A program made the position numbers and the translations under genes. Shown here piece by piece: positions 1-8,696 of a DNA stretch of 32,000 bases. The notes beneath the pieces were generated by a model that did not search any database, had not been told where the DNA came from, and saw only the letters and a program-made list of their open reading frames with translations. The stretch lies in assembly GCF_043950625.1 (NCBI RefSeq), contig NZ_CP171007.1, one strand, 5' to 3'. The DNA is from Alkanindiges sp. WGS2144 (lineage in GTDB: Bacteria > Pseudomonadota > Gammaproteobacteria > Pseudomonadales > Moraxellaceae). Position 1 is the first letter of the stretch, and each line of letters opens with the position of its first letter.

Positions 1-780
1 CACCCCCAGGCTACCAATAGTGCCTGATATTGGAGCCACCACTTTGGCCGAAGAAGCATCCACCTGAATTAAGTCCACATTGGCTCTGGCGCTGCTTACA
101 TCGGCCAGTAACTGCTCACGGGATGCCTCAATACCTGCCAATTGTGCTTCTGCCGCACTCACACCAGCCTGTGCCCGCTTCACCTGTGCCACCGCGCTTA
201 AATACTGCGACTGTACCGTTTCCAACCGTTGGCGTGTGGTTATGCCCTCACCCAGAAGCTGCTGATAACGATCATAGTCTTTTTTCAAACGCATCATTTC
301 TGCATTTGCCGCATCAAGATTTGCTCTGGCTTCGGCAATCATGGCCTGCTGACCAGCAATATTTTGCCGCTGAATGCCAAGCGCAGCCTGTTTTAATTCG
401 GTAATGGCCGCAGCCTGCTGATAACGGGCCTGAATGTCACGATCGTCTAACTGCATCAATACCTGACCGGCTTTAACCTGCTGGTTATTTTTGACATTTA
501 GCTGCGTCACTTCACCGGCTATACGCGGACTCACCCAGGTCACATCGGCCTTCAAATAGGCGTTATCGGTTGATTCATAAAACCGATAAACCATGACATA
601 ATAAATGAATCCAATAACAGCCATGATCAAAAAGATTGCCAAAATAATTTTGGGAAGCTGTTTTCTTTTATTCGGTGCAATATCTGTCTGTTGCTCAGCT
701 GTATCCGGCTGATCTGCTGTCAGGTTTTGGGCATTATTTTGCGGATCAGGCGATTGAACATTTGTGGCATTAGCCGACAT
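1..780 (-). CDS. HlyD/EmrA-family membrane fusion (adaptor) protein of an efflux pump; N-terminal ~260 aa only, gene continues past window start
   Basis: Absent from the ORF track because it runs off the edge. Reverse-strand ATG at 778-780 opens a frame with no stop down to position 1: MSANATNVQSPDPQNNAQNLTADQPDTAEQQTDIAPNKRKQLPKIILAIFLIMAVIGFIYYVMVYRFYESTDNAYLKADVTWVSPRIAGEVTQLNVKNNQQVKAGQVLMQLDDRD... This gives a cytoplasmic tail, one TM helix, the YxSTDNAYxxAD / lipoyl-hairpin entry and a long Ala/Gln-rich coiled coil, all typical of EmrA-type adaptors. The + strand ORFs 30..404 and 80..265 are shadow frames. Confidence 0.85.
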   Translation of the reverse strand, partial: MSANATNVQSPDPQNNAQNLTADQPDTAEQQTDIAPNKRKQLPKIILAIFLIMAVIGFIYYVMVYRFYESTDNAYLKADVTWVSPRIAGEVTQLNVKNNQQVKAGQVLMQLDDRDIQARYQQAAAITELKQAALGIQRQNIAGQQAMIAEARANLDAANAEMMRLKKDYDRYQQLLGEGITTRQRLETVQSQYLSAVAQVKRAQAGVSAAEAQLAGIEASREQLLADVSSARANVDLIQVDASSAKVVAPISGTIGSLGV

Positions 781-819
781 CTGATGCTCCTTGCGCAGCA
801 TTAAGGTGAATGATATGGT

Positions 820-839
820 ACTGTACCGAACAGTACAGT
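820..839. promoter_or_regulatory. Imperfect 20-bp palindrome, candidate TetR-family operator in the divergent promoter region
   Basis: ACTGTACCGAACAGTACAGT: 8 of 10 positions pair (ACTGTAC / GTACAGT arms). It lies about 40 bp upstream of the adaptor start (780, minus) and about 65 bp upstream of the tetR start (904, plus). The position and symmetry fit a dimeric HTH repressor site; no experimental basis. Confidence 0.4.
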
Positions 840-903
840 TTTAATAGAGCAGTAGTTTGCACTTTTTTTTGGCTTAATCAAATAGAGCGGAATAATTTTT
901 ATT

Positions 904-1557
904 ATGAGCAACGTGCCAGACACGCCGCAATCTGCCTGCTGTCTGCCCTTGACGCGCCGGGGTAAACAGCGGCGTACCTCCCTGTTACAAGCTGCCAATA
1001 CACTTTTTTTAGAAAAAGGCTTCAATGCAGTGAGTCTGGATGATATTGTTCAGGTATGTGGCGGTTCAAAGGCAGCCATTTATCAGTATTTTGGCAATAA
1101 AAAAGGGCTGCTGGCAGCGCTGTTCGAATACCGGAGCGAGAATTTCTTTAGGGAAAATCCTCCTCCAGAACGCCAGCCTGGCCAGACTTTGCATGAAATC
1201 ATGTTACTGATGGCCAAAGCCGTATATACCGCCTTTACCGACCCTAATAATATTGCCTTTATGCGCCTGGTCGTGGAAGAGTCCCAGCGTGATCCGGAAC
1301 TTGCACAACTGGCTTATGACACCGGCCCTAAACGTGGCCTGTTGCTGATTGCAGGACTACTTGAACAGGCTCATCAACACGGTGAAATCAACTGTCCGCG
1401 CCCCTATGAATCTGCCACACTGTTTTTTGGTATGTTGCGTCATGCCCAGTGGCGCTTACTGGTAGGCCTACCCCCGCTGGAACCTCACTTAAATGCTGAT
1501 CATTATTTAAAATATCTGGTTGAACGTTTCTTAGCAGGTCATCATCTTTCATCATGA
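904..1557 (+). CDS. TetR/AcrR-family transcriptional regulator
   Basis: 217-aa ORF. The N-terminal HTH signature RRTSLLQAANTLFLEKGFNAVSLDDIVQVCGGSKAAIYQYFGNKKGLL is classic TetR_N, followed by an all-helical C-terminal ligand domain. Divergent from the efflux adaptor gene. Confidence 0.9.
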   Translation: MSNVPDTPQSACCLPLTRRGKQRRTSLLQAANTLFLEKGFNAVSLDDIVQVCGGSKAAIYQYFGNKKGLLAALFEYRSENFFRENPPPERQPGQTLHEIMLLMAKAVYTAFTDPNNIAFMRLVVEESQRDPELAQLAYDTGPKRGLLLIAGLLEQAHQHGEINCPRPYESATLFFGMLRHAQWRLLVGLPPLEPHLNADHYLKYLVERFLAGHHLSS

Positions 1558-2834
1558 ATTTTTTCCCCACTTCTATTTCTACTTACCGGTCAGTTATATT
1601 CTTATTTGTAGGTATCCTATTAAGCATCCTACCCGCTCAGGCACAAACGCTGGTACAAAGTATCGAACTGGCCAAACGTTATCAGTCAGAGCGTCAGCTG
1701 GCTGGCTTGCAAATTGACGAACAGCTTGCCCAACTTGCCCAGACCAAGGCACAATACGGACTCAAACTAAATGCAGGTGCAGAGCTTGGTGCTGGCTATA
1801 TCACGACTGAAAAAAATGCTTTGTTTCCTGAGGAAGGCAAGCGTTTTCCACAGACAGTATCCCTGCAATTTAGCTACCCTCTTTATACTTCCGGCCGTCA
1901 GCAGCTGGCGATGCAGGCCGCACAAACCAGTGTAGAAGCTGCCAGAGTCAATGCCGACCATGCAGATACCCAGGCAACACTTGCAGCCATCAATTTACAT
2001 GCTGCCATTACCCGTGACCTGGCTTTGATTCAGCTGGAACAAGACAGCCAGCGAGCGCTGGATCAGGCAGCACATGACGCAGGCGTGCGCCTCAAAGCCG
2101 GTGAAGTGACCAAAACCGACCTGGCGCAGGCTAATGCTCGACAAGCTCAAGGACTTGCCAATCAAAGCCGTGCACAGGCAAATTTACAAATTGATCAGTC
2201 ACGCTACAGGCAGCTTACCGGGCAGGCACCTCAGGATCTGGAATCCTTACAGCAAATTCCTGTTGTACCTGCGCTTGATGAGGCACTGGCACTCATTGAA
2301 AATACGCCCCTACTGGAAAATGCACGACTGCAACTCAAGGCAGCCCAGCAACAACTGGCTTTAAGCCAGCGTGAGAACTACCCCACCGTACAACTGACAG
2401 GTCGTGCCAATAGCCAGAAAGACAGTGACTTTTCAACCAGCAGGCTAGGTGCCTACGGCGTGAGCCTACAAGCCAGTCTGCCATTACTGGATGGTGGCAC
2501 TCGCAAAGCTGATGTACAACGGACTCAGGCACAAGTGGCGATTGCACAGGAACAGCTTGATCATAAGCGACGTCAGCTTCAACAACGACTGGCAGAAAGC
2601 TATGCCCTGCTGCAAAACAGCCAGAAGCAATATCCTGCGCTACTTCAGGCACGTGATGCCGCACAGCTGGCATTAGAAACTATCCGGCGTGAGCTGGAAC
2701 TGGGCACCCGCACTACTTATGATTTGCTTACTGCTGAACAAAGCCTGCTGGATGCCAATACACAACTTATTTTGAATCAGGAAGATCAGGCGCTCAATGC
2801 CTATCAGATTCTGGCGCTACTCAATCAGATTTAA
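1554..2834 (+). CDS. TolC-family outer membrane efflux protein (OMF)
   Basis: 426-aa ORF. Signal peptide MNFFPTSISTYRSVIFLFVGILLSILPAQA/QT. Two internally repeated halves rich in Ala/Gln/Leu coiled-coil segments with short beta-strand blocks (YGLKLNAGAELG..., LSLQFSYPLY..., YPTVQLTGRA..., GVSLQASLPLLDGG), as in outer membrane efflux proteins. The start ATG overlaps the tetR stop (ATGA at 1554-1557). Confidence 0.85.
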   Translation: MNFFPTSISTYRSVIFLFVGILLSILPAQAQTLVQSIELAKRYQSERQLAGLQIDEQLAQLAQTKAQYGLKLNAGAELGAGYITTEKNALFPEEGKRFPQTVSLQFSYPLYTSGRQQLAMQAAQTSVEAARVNADHADTQATLAAINLHAAITRDLALIQLEQDSQRALDQAAHDAGVRLKAGEVTKTDLAQANARQAQGLANQSRAQANLQIDQSRYRQLTGQAPQDLESLQQIPVVPALDEALALIENTPLLENARLQLKAAQQQLALSQRENYPTVQLTGRANSQKDSDFSTSRLGAYGVSLQASLPLLDGGTRKADVQRTQAQVAIAQEQLDHKRRQLQQRLAESYALLQNSQKQYPALLQARDAAQLALETIRRELELGTRTTYDLLTAEQSLLDANTQLILNQEDQALNAYQILALLNQI

Positions 2835-2894
2835 AACTGCCAGAACGCATAATCTCGGCACTGTCCGGGGTATAAACATCACTTAGGATAAGCT

Positions 2895-2924
2895 TTGCAG
2901 GCCTGACCTGCTATCGCTTATACT
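2895..2924 (+). promoter_or_regulatory. Candidate sigma70 promoter for argF
   Basis: TTGCAG (2895-2900), 18-bp spacer, TATACT (2919-2924), about 80 bp upstream of the argF ATG. Pattern match only. Confidence 0.3.
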
Positions 2925-3003
2925 CAGGACAATCATCAAAACCAAATAGACGACATTAGCTTCAAGCAACCATATTTTGACTTGAGGTTCTTGCGGAGAC
3001 ATT

Positions 3004-3921
3004 ATGGCCCTGCGGCATTTTTTAACCTTAACCGATCTTAGTCCAGCAGAACTTAAAGCGCTTATTGATCGCGCCATTGAACTGAAAGCAATGCAGCACA
3101 AAGGTGAAATCTACCAGCCTTTCGTGGGCAAGGTGCTGGGCATGATTTTTGAAAAATCCAGTACCCGCACCCGGGTGTCCTTCGAAGCAGGCATGATTCA
3201 GTTTGGTGGCGGGGCAATTTTTTTATCTCCACGTGATACCCAGCTTGGACGGGGTGAACCCATCGAAGATTCAGCACGGGTGATTTCCAGCATGCTGGAT
3301 ATTGTCATGATCCGTACCTTTGCACACACCACAGTTGAGCGCTTTGCCGAATTTTCCAGGGTGCCTGTTATTAATGGTCTGACCGATACCCATCATCCCT
3401 GCCAGCTTCTGGCCGATTTGCAAACTTTTAAAGAACATCGCGGAGATATTAGCGGCAAAACCGTGTCATGGATCGGTGACGGCAATAATATGTGCAACTC
3501 CTACATTCAGGCTGCGCACATGCTGGACTTTAAATTAAAAATTGCCTCCCCTTATGGTTTTGAACCCGAACCTGAATTACTGGAAGAATACGCGCACTGC
3601 GTAGAGCTGGTAAAAAGTGCTGAAGAAGCAGCTGAAGGCTCTCATCTGCTCACTACCGATGTCTGGGCCAGTATGGGACAAGAAAATGAGCAAAACACGC
3701 GCAAACGTCGCTTTGCCCCGTATCAAATTTCTCCGCCATTAATGAACCTGGCCAGTTCTGATGCCCTGTTTATGCACTGCCTACCGGCGCATCGCGGTGA
3801 AGAAATTTCCGAGGATATGCTGGATGATCCACGCTCCGTCGTCTGGGATGAAGCAGAAAATCGTCTGCATGCCCAAAAAGCCCTGATCGAATTTTTATTG
3901 CATGAACAGCGCAAACCATAA
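3004..3921 (+). CDS. argF: Ornithine carbamoyltransferase (anabolic)
   Basis: 305 aa. Carbamoyl-phosphate motif [13 protein letters not shown], ornithine-binding DVWASMG and [10 protein letters not shown] motifs. GGAG Shine-Dalgarno upstream of the ATG. Confidence 0.93.
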   Translation: MALRHFLTLTDLSPAELKALIDRAIELKAMQHKGEIYQPFVGKVLGMIFEKSSTRTRVSFEAGMIQFGGGAIFLSPRDTQLGRGEPIEDSARVISSMLDIVMIRTFAHTTVERFAEFSRVPVINGLTDTHHPCQLLADLQTFKEHRGDISGKTVSWIGDGNNMCNSYIQAAHMLDFKLKIASPYGFEPEPELLEEYAHCVELVKSAEEAAEGSHLLTTDVWASMGQENEQNTRKRRFAPYQISPPLMNLASSDALFMHCLPAHRGEEISEDMLDDPRSVVWDEAENRLHAQKALIEFLLHEQRKP

Positions 3922-3947
3922 CTAAAATTTTAACTTAAACTACGCCC

Positions 3948-3969
3948 AAAGGAGCCTCAGCACCTTTTT
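3948..3969 (+). terminator. Candidate intrinsic terminator after argF
   Basis: AAAGGAGC-CTCA-GCACCTTT hairpin (8-bp stem with one A/A mismatch, 4-nt loop) running into TTTTT. The stem is partly A/U, so only moderate strength. Confidence 0.45.
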
Positions 3970-4079
3970 ATATAAGTCTGCCCTACTTGCAGTTGGCAAA
4001 CAGACCCTGACAGTTACTTACTCTATTTTTATGCGAGTGTGCTACAACAATAGAGTCTGTTTTGTTAAATAAGGAGTCA

Positions 4080-4241
4080 ATGATGCCACGCGGTGATAAA
4101 TCAGCTTACACTGACAAGCAAAAACGTCAGGCTGCTCATATTGAAGACAGTGAAAAAAAGCAGGGGCGCTCTGATGAGGATGCAGAACGCATTGCCTGGG
4201 CGACCATTAACAAGCAGGATGGTGGTGGCAAGAAAAAATAG
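4080..4241 (+). CDS. Small highly charged conserved-looking protein (53 aa), function unknown
   Basis: Below the 60-aa track cutoff. AAGGAG at 4071-4076 precedes ATGATG at 4080/4083. Translation: MMPRGDKSAYTDKQKRQAAHIEDSEKKQGRSDEDAERIAWATINKQDGGGKKK*. It resembles, from memory, a widespread ~55-70 aa family beginning MPxGDKSxYTDKQKR and ending AWATVNK..GGGKK that is usually annotated only loosely. Followed by a strong terminator. The listed ORF 4093..4278 is in the wrong frame. Confidence 0.6.
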   Translation: MMPRGDKSAYTDKQKRQAAHIEDSEKKQGRSDEDAERIAWATINKQDGGGKKK

Positions 4242-4263
4242 AGCTCAAGCAACACATTATATA

Positions 4264-4297
4264 CCCTGCCCGCAATAGTGTTGTGCGCAGGGTTTTT
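4264..4297 (+). terminator. Intrinsic terminator between the convergent small ORF and mgtC
   Basis: CCCTGC(cc)GCA ... TGCGCAGGG GC-rich stem (6 + 3 bp with a 2-nt bulge, 9-nt loop), followed by TTTTT at 4293-4297. Confidence 0.7.
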
Positions 4298-4328
4298 CAA
4301 TATAAGAACTTTAAATGCAACAGCTGCC

Positions 4329-5021
4329 CTAATCCCCTGTAGGAGAAATCGTAAAGGCTTTAATTTGCGGTGTAGCCAGCATTACCTGACTGAGCCTGTT
4401 TAAGTTTTCACCATCCAGAGTGCTAATGGTCATCTGGTAACGAAATGAACCATCCTGATCTGCATGGTAACTGACTGCATGTACTCCAAAACCATGTTTT
4501 TCCAATAGATCACGAAGTTCTTTTTCACTCATCACATTGCCGCGTTCAAAGCGCACCGAGTGATGTGAGTAAGTAAATGAAGGCATTAATGACTCAATGC
4601 GCCTGAAAAACGAAAGTGTTCCCAAGACCAGCAAAGTTGCAACAATAGCAGGAAAGAAAAATCCTATTCCCATCAATATGCCGATTGCAGCGGTCATCCA
4701 GATTGAGGCTGCGGTGGTCAAGCCACGAACGCTAAGACCCTCTTTAAAAATCACCCCAGCGCCCAAAAAACCAATGCCCGTCATAATCCCTTGCGCGGTT
4801 CGGGTAGGGTCAATACGGATCATGTCATGCGTTGCACCTGGCATCCACTGGCTTTGATATAAGGTGACCAGCATCAGCAGGCTTGAAGTTAGGCACACTA
4901 GCGCATGAGTACGAAAACCAGCTGGCCGGCCATGGTAACTACGCTCAAGTCCAATTGCACCACCTGCAATTAGTGCACTAAACAAATGGATTAAGATATT
5001 TATATAATCAACATTACTCAT
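4329..5021 (-). CDS. mgtC: MgtC/SapB-family membrane protein
   Basis: N-terminal hydrophobic domain with the family signature AGGAIGLERSYHGRPAGFRTHALVCLTSSL and a soluble ACT-like C-terminal domain. The track start at 5039 is a TTG; the first ATG (MSNVDYINIL...) is at 5021. No obvious SD. The gene symbol is meant at family level only. Confidence 0.85.
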   Translation of the reverse strand: MSNVDYINILIHLFSALIAGGAIGLERSYHGRPAGFRTHALVCLTSSLLMLVTLYQSQWMPGATHDMIRIDPTRTAQGIMTGIGFLGAGVIFKEGLSVRGLTTAASIWMTAAIGILMGIGFFFPAIVATLLVLGTLSFFRRIESLMPSFTYSHHSVRFERGNVMSEKELRDLLEKHGFGVHAVSYHADQDGSFRYQMTISTLDGENLNRLSQVMLATPQIKAFTISPTGD

Positions 5022-5575
5022 GATCAGGTTCTGGAACAAAGAGATTTATTGCATGCTAGTTTGATTCAATATTTTTTAAATAGCAATTTCATTTAGTTAT
5101 TGCCCACCCATCAGTTTATATTCATCATCTAAACTAGGCAGACTGGTTTTTAGTCAATCCAGCTTGTTCTGCAACCTGATCTATTTGTAGTATTAACAGT
5201 AATTCACCGCTATCTGAGATGATGTATTTAACGACTGAGCTTTTATCGGATTCTATTCCCACTATTTTTCAAATATGGGGTTTGTCATCAAGATCGACGA
5301 AAATATGCCCTTATTGATGCATTTTCAGTACAAGTCAGCTGATTTTTTTAATCATTTCACTCGTTTTAGCATTGCCAAAATTATTTTTTTTGCGTATCTT
5401 GCTGACAAGTAGCGCAGAAGTTCAATATTTTGTAACGAACTGGCAGGATTTTTATTTTCTGTTTTATCTTATGTCAAAATATTACAGCTTGACGCCGGCT
5501 TAAAAATTCCTGAACGATAAATAGGTCAGCCAGGGCTCTACCCTGGTTAGGCGCAGTAATCTTGGAGCAGCCTAT

Positions 5576-6031
5576 ATGCCAGCCGCAGACATTCTGGTTT
5601 TACATGGACCAAATTTAAACCTGCTTGGTCAGCGCGAACCAGAAATCTACGGACATACAACACTGGCCGACATTAATCAATCGCTGGTACAGCAGGCTCA
5701 TGAGGCCGGTTTTGCATTGGAACATTTTCAGAGCAACTGGGAAGGTGCTTTGATTGATCGCATTCAACAGGCGCATCTGGACAACACCCGTTTTATTATT
5801 ATAAACCCGGCGGCACTAACCCATACTTCGGTAGCCCTTCGGGATGCTCTGCTTAGCGTCATGATTCCTTTTATTGAAGTGCATCTGTCTAACGTCCACG
5901 CCCGTGAAACTTTCCGTCATCACTCTTATTTGTCCGACAAAGCCAAAGCAGTGATTTGTGGCCTGGGTGCAAACGGCTATTTTTTTGCACTAAGCCATGT
6001 GCTGGATTTATTAAAGCCTCGGCAATCATGA
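5576..6031 (+). CDS. aroQ: 3-dehydroquinate dehydratase, type II
   Basis: 151 aa. [38 protein letters not shown] and [17 protein letters not shown] are type II DHQase hallmarks. GGAG SD 7 nt upstream. Confidence 0.93.
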   Translation: MPAADILVLHGPNLNLLGQREPEIYGHTTLADINQSLVQQAHEAGFALEHFQSNWEGALIDRIQQAHLDNTRFIIINPAALTHTSVALRDALLSVMIPFIEVHLSNVHARETFRHHSYLSDKAKAVICGLGANGYFFALSHVLDLLKPRQS

Positions 6032-6109
6032 CAAATTTCTGATCGGCTTTTATCTTCATTAAAGCACTTTTCCATTCACTTTTAAGCAACACACTCTGGA
6101 ACCCGCCGC

Positions 6110-6517
6110 ATGGATATACGAAAAATCAAGAAACTGATTGACTTGATGATTGAATCAGATTTGCAGGCGCTGGAAGTCAAAGAAGGTGAGCAATCCATTT
6201 CTCTTACCCGTCGCTCCCCTGTCGTAGCGGCAGCAGTGCCTTCTACACCTGAGCCAGTACCCCAGGTACGTACCCAGCGCGGTGCCCTTGAAGCCTCCCC
6301 CATGGTTGGCGTATTTTATGCGGCGCCCAATCCTGGCGAGGCACCTTTTGTCAAGGTTGGGCAAACCGTTCAAGCGGGTGATACGCTGGGCATTATTGAA
6401 GCCATGAAAATCATGAATCCGATCGAGGCTACCCAAAGCGGAATCATTGAGGAAATTCTGGTCAAAAATGCGGATGTGGTTCAATATGGACAACCGTTAT
6501 TCCGTTTTCGTGGTTAA
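6110..6517 (+). CDS. accB: Acetyl-CoA carboxylase biotin carboxyl carrier protein
   Basis: 135 aa. MDIRKIKKLIDLMIESDL N-terminus, Pro/Ala linker, and the biotinylation motif IEAMKIMNPIEA. Confidence 0.93.
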   Translation: MDIRKIKKLIDLMIESDLQALEVKEGEQSISLTRRSPVVAAAVPSTPEPVPQVRTQRGALEASPMVGVFYAAPNPGEAPFVKVGQTVQAGDTLGIIEAMKIMNPIEATQSGIIEEILVKNADVVQYGQPLFRFRG

Positions 6518-6568
6518 TCACTTGTCCTGTTGTTGTGCCTGACCTCTATGCCTACAGGTTAATTTTTT

Positions 6569-7948
6569 ATGCTACAAAAAATCCTTATTGCGAACCGTGG
6601 TGAGATCGCCCTTCGCATCACTCGAGCCTGTAAGGCGCTCGGGATTAAAACTGTCGGAGTCTATTCCAATGCCGATAAGGATTTAATGCACTTGCGGTTT
6701 GTTGATGAAGCCGTTTGTATTGGCGCAGGAGCCAGTAGTGATAGTTACCTGAATATCCCTGCCCTGATTACCGCGGCCGAAGTTACCGGCGCTGATGCCA
6801 TTCATCCTGGCTATGGTTTTCTGGCAGAAAATGCCGAATTTGCCGAACTGGTAGAAAGCTCAGGCTTTACCTTCATCGGGCCAAGGCCTGAACATATCCG
6901 CCTAATGGGCAATAAAGTATCGGCTATTCTGGCTATGAAAAAATCTGGTGTACCTACTGTACCCGGTTCTACCCGCGCCGTGAGCACCCATAATGCACTA
7001 GCTGAGGCCAAAGACATTGGCTTTCCGTTAATTGTGAAAGCAGCAGCAGGCGGTGGCGGGCGTGGCATGCGCATTGTCGAGCGCGTTGATATGTTGCTCG
7101 AATCAGTACAGGCTGCCCAGCGTGATGCTGAAATGTGGTTTGGTGATGACACGGTTTACATGGAGCGCTTTTTACAAAAGCCTCGTCATGTTGAAGTTCA
7201 GGTACTGGGTGATGGCATGGGCCATGCCATTCATTTATATGACCGCGATTGCTCACTCCAGCGCCGTCATCAAAAAGTGATTGAAGAAGCCCCTGCGCCT
7301 GACTTGCCAGAACCAGCGCGTACAGAGATTTTACAAGCCTGTGTCAGTGCCTGCGAACAAATGCAGTACCGTGGAGCGGGAACCTTTGAGTTTTTATTTG
7401 AAAATAACGAATTTTTCTTTATTGAGATGAACACCCGGGTTCAGGTAGAGCATCCGGTCACAGAATGTATTACCGGTATTGATATCATTGAACAGCAAAT
7501 TCGTATTGCGGCAGGTTTGGGACTGGACATTGAGCAGGATGACGTAAAAATTTGCGGTCATGCCATTGAGTGCCGCATCAACGCCGAAGATCCACAGACC
7601 TTTTTGCCTTCACCGGGAACCATTAAAAAATTTCATGCCCCAGGCGGTGCCGGTATCAGGATTGATTCCCACATCTATACTGGTTACAGCATCCCTCCGT
7701 ATTATGACTCCATGATTGGCAAGCTGATTGCGCATGGTAAAGATCGTCCTACCGCGCTGGCTCGCTTACGTCAGGCGCTGGATGAAACCATTATTGAAGG
7801 CGTAAAAACCAATCTAAGCCTGCATCGCAATGTGATCTTATGCGACCCGCAATTTAACCAGCAAGCCATGGATATTCATTATCTGGAAAAAACCCTGCTT
7901 AAAAACAAGGAAAACAGCCCAGCTGGAAATTCAGCAGCTCAGGCCTAA
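6569..7948 (+). CDS. accC: Acetyl-CoA carboxylase biotin carboxylase subunit
   Basis: 459 aa. [17 protein letters not shown]-grasp glycine loop [28 protein letters not shown]. Immediately downstream of accB. Confidence 0.95.
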   Translation: MLQKILIANRGEIALRITRACKALGIKTVGVYSNADKDLMHLRFVDEAVCIGAGASSDSYLNIPALITAAEVTGADAIHPGYGFLAENAEFAELVESSGFTFIGPRPEHIRLMGNKVSAILAMKKSGVPTVPGSTRAVSTHNALAEAKDIGFPLIVKAAAGGGGRGMRIVERVDMLLESVQAAQRDAEMWFGDDTVYMERFLQKPRHVEVQVLGDGMGHAIHLYDRDCSLQRRHQKVIEEAPAPDLPEPARTEILQACVSACEQMQYRGAGTFEFLFENNEFFFIEMNTRVQVEHPVTECITGIDIIEQQIRIAAGLGLDIEQDDVKICGHAIECRINAEDPQTFLPSPGTIKKFHAPGGAGIRIDSHIYTGYSIPPYYDSMIGKLIAHGKDRPTALARLRQALDETIIEGVKTNLSLHRNVILCDPQFNQQAMDIHYLEKTLLKNKENSPAGNSAAQA

Positions 7949-7986
7949 TTTCAATGCACAGGGTCTGTTTTATGATTAGTTAAATA

Positions 7987-8652
7987 TCAGGGTAACACCC
8001 GGCGCAATGAAGCAAAGCACTGTGTACCCTCTTTGGTACCACAAAACTCCATACTGGATGCGCTAGTCCATTTGACATATTGCTGTTGCTGCTCACCACG
8101 CTGATCAACGGCGTTACCGGAACAGTCGGTCTCCAGATTATCATACTTAATTTGTATGGCTAAAACTGGGGAACCCGATTCTGCTAATGCAGGAACCTGG
8201 TACAAATAGTTGCCATACGACCATTCTTCACCACTTTTAACCACGACCTCGCCATTTTCCATAAAATTATAGTATTCAATGCAGCGTGCACCTGGAATAG
8301 TCATTCCCCATAGACCGGTAACCTGAGGTCTATTACTAATCACAATCTTGTTTTCTGGAAGGTCTAATGGCTCGCTTAACGCTTCTGTTTGCTCACTTTG
8401 TTCAGGAACAGAAGCTAGTGCTTTTTCTTTAGGCTGAACTGGAATTACATCAGCATCCGGCTTTATACTGGAATGTTCATGCAAGGGTTTGCTAACCGCA
8501 GCAGTGGCTACCTGCTCGTTGGATTCAGCTTCGGCATTTATTTTGTCAGCAGCCTGACTTAGAGAGGAACACAACATTATTCCCAAAAAAACCGAAGAGC
8601 CATAAAAGAAACCAAAAAGCTGACTGGCGTTTAACTGCTTCATTATAATCAT
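7987..8652 (-). CDS. Secreted hypothetical protein (signal peptide, acidic linker, 4-Cys C-terminal domain)
   Basis: ORF 7987..8670. The likely start is one of the ATGs at 8652 or 8643 (MIIMKQLNASQLFGFFYGSSVFLGIMLCSSLSQA/ADK = Sec signal peptide). A low-complexity E/Q/S/P-rich linker follows, then a ~120-aa domain with Cys at ARCIEYY, ETDCSG, EFCGTK and TQCFAS. No family recognised. Lies 26 bp downstream of the MFS gene on the same strand. Confidence 0.6.
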   Translation of the reverse strand: MIIMKQLNASQLFGFFYGSSVFLGIMLCSSLSQAADKINAEAESNEQVATAAVSKPLHEHSSIKPDADVIPVQPKEKALASVPEQSEQTEALSEPLDLPENKIVISNRPQVTGLWGMTIPGARCIEYYNFMENGEVVVKSGEEWSYGNYLYQVPALAESGSPVLAIQIKYDNLETDCSGNAVDQRGEQQQQYVKWTSASSMEFCGTKEGTQCFASLRRVLP

Positions 8653-8696
8653 CTTAACTTCACAACACATGTATTCTGATCGTGCAACGCTTTTTA

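Noticed and set aside
30-404. Plus-strand ORFs 30..404 (124 aa) and 80..265 (61 aa)
   Set aside because: Pro/His/Trp-rich nonsense composition. They lie antisense to an uninterrupted minus-strand frame that encodes a textbook EmrA/HlyD adaptor N-terminus, so they are shadow ORFs.
4093-4278. 61-aa ORF MINQLTLTSKNVRLL...
   Set aside because: No SD, and it runs through the terminator hairpin. The overlapping frame starting at 4080 has an AAGGAG SD and a conserved-looking product and ends before the terminator.
5111-5128. Five-codon mini-ORF (ATGATGAATATAAACTGA, minus strand) in the putative mgtC leader, considered as an mgtM/mgtP-like sensing ORF
   Set aside because: No SD, no Pro or other informative codons, and no adjacent alternative hairpins that I could identify. 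It is indistinguishable from chance in AT-rich DNA.
6155-6493. 112-aa minus-strand ORF antisense to accB. Similar antisense ORFs occur at 6811..7256 (accC), 16210..16626 (lysC), 23077..23499 (yebC), 25224..26501 (clpA), 27052..27561 (clpS and neighbour) and 28729..29133 (argC).
   Set aside because: Each lies entirely within a confidently identified housekeeping gene on the opposite strand, lacks an SD, and has Arg/Ser/Pro/Cys-skewed composition typical of antisense frames.
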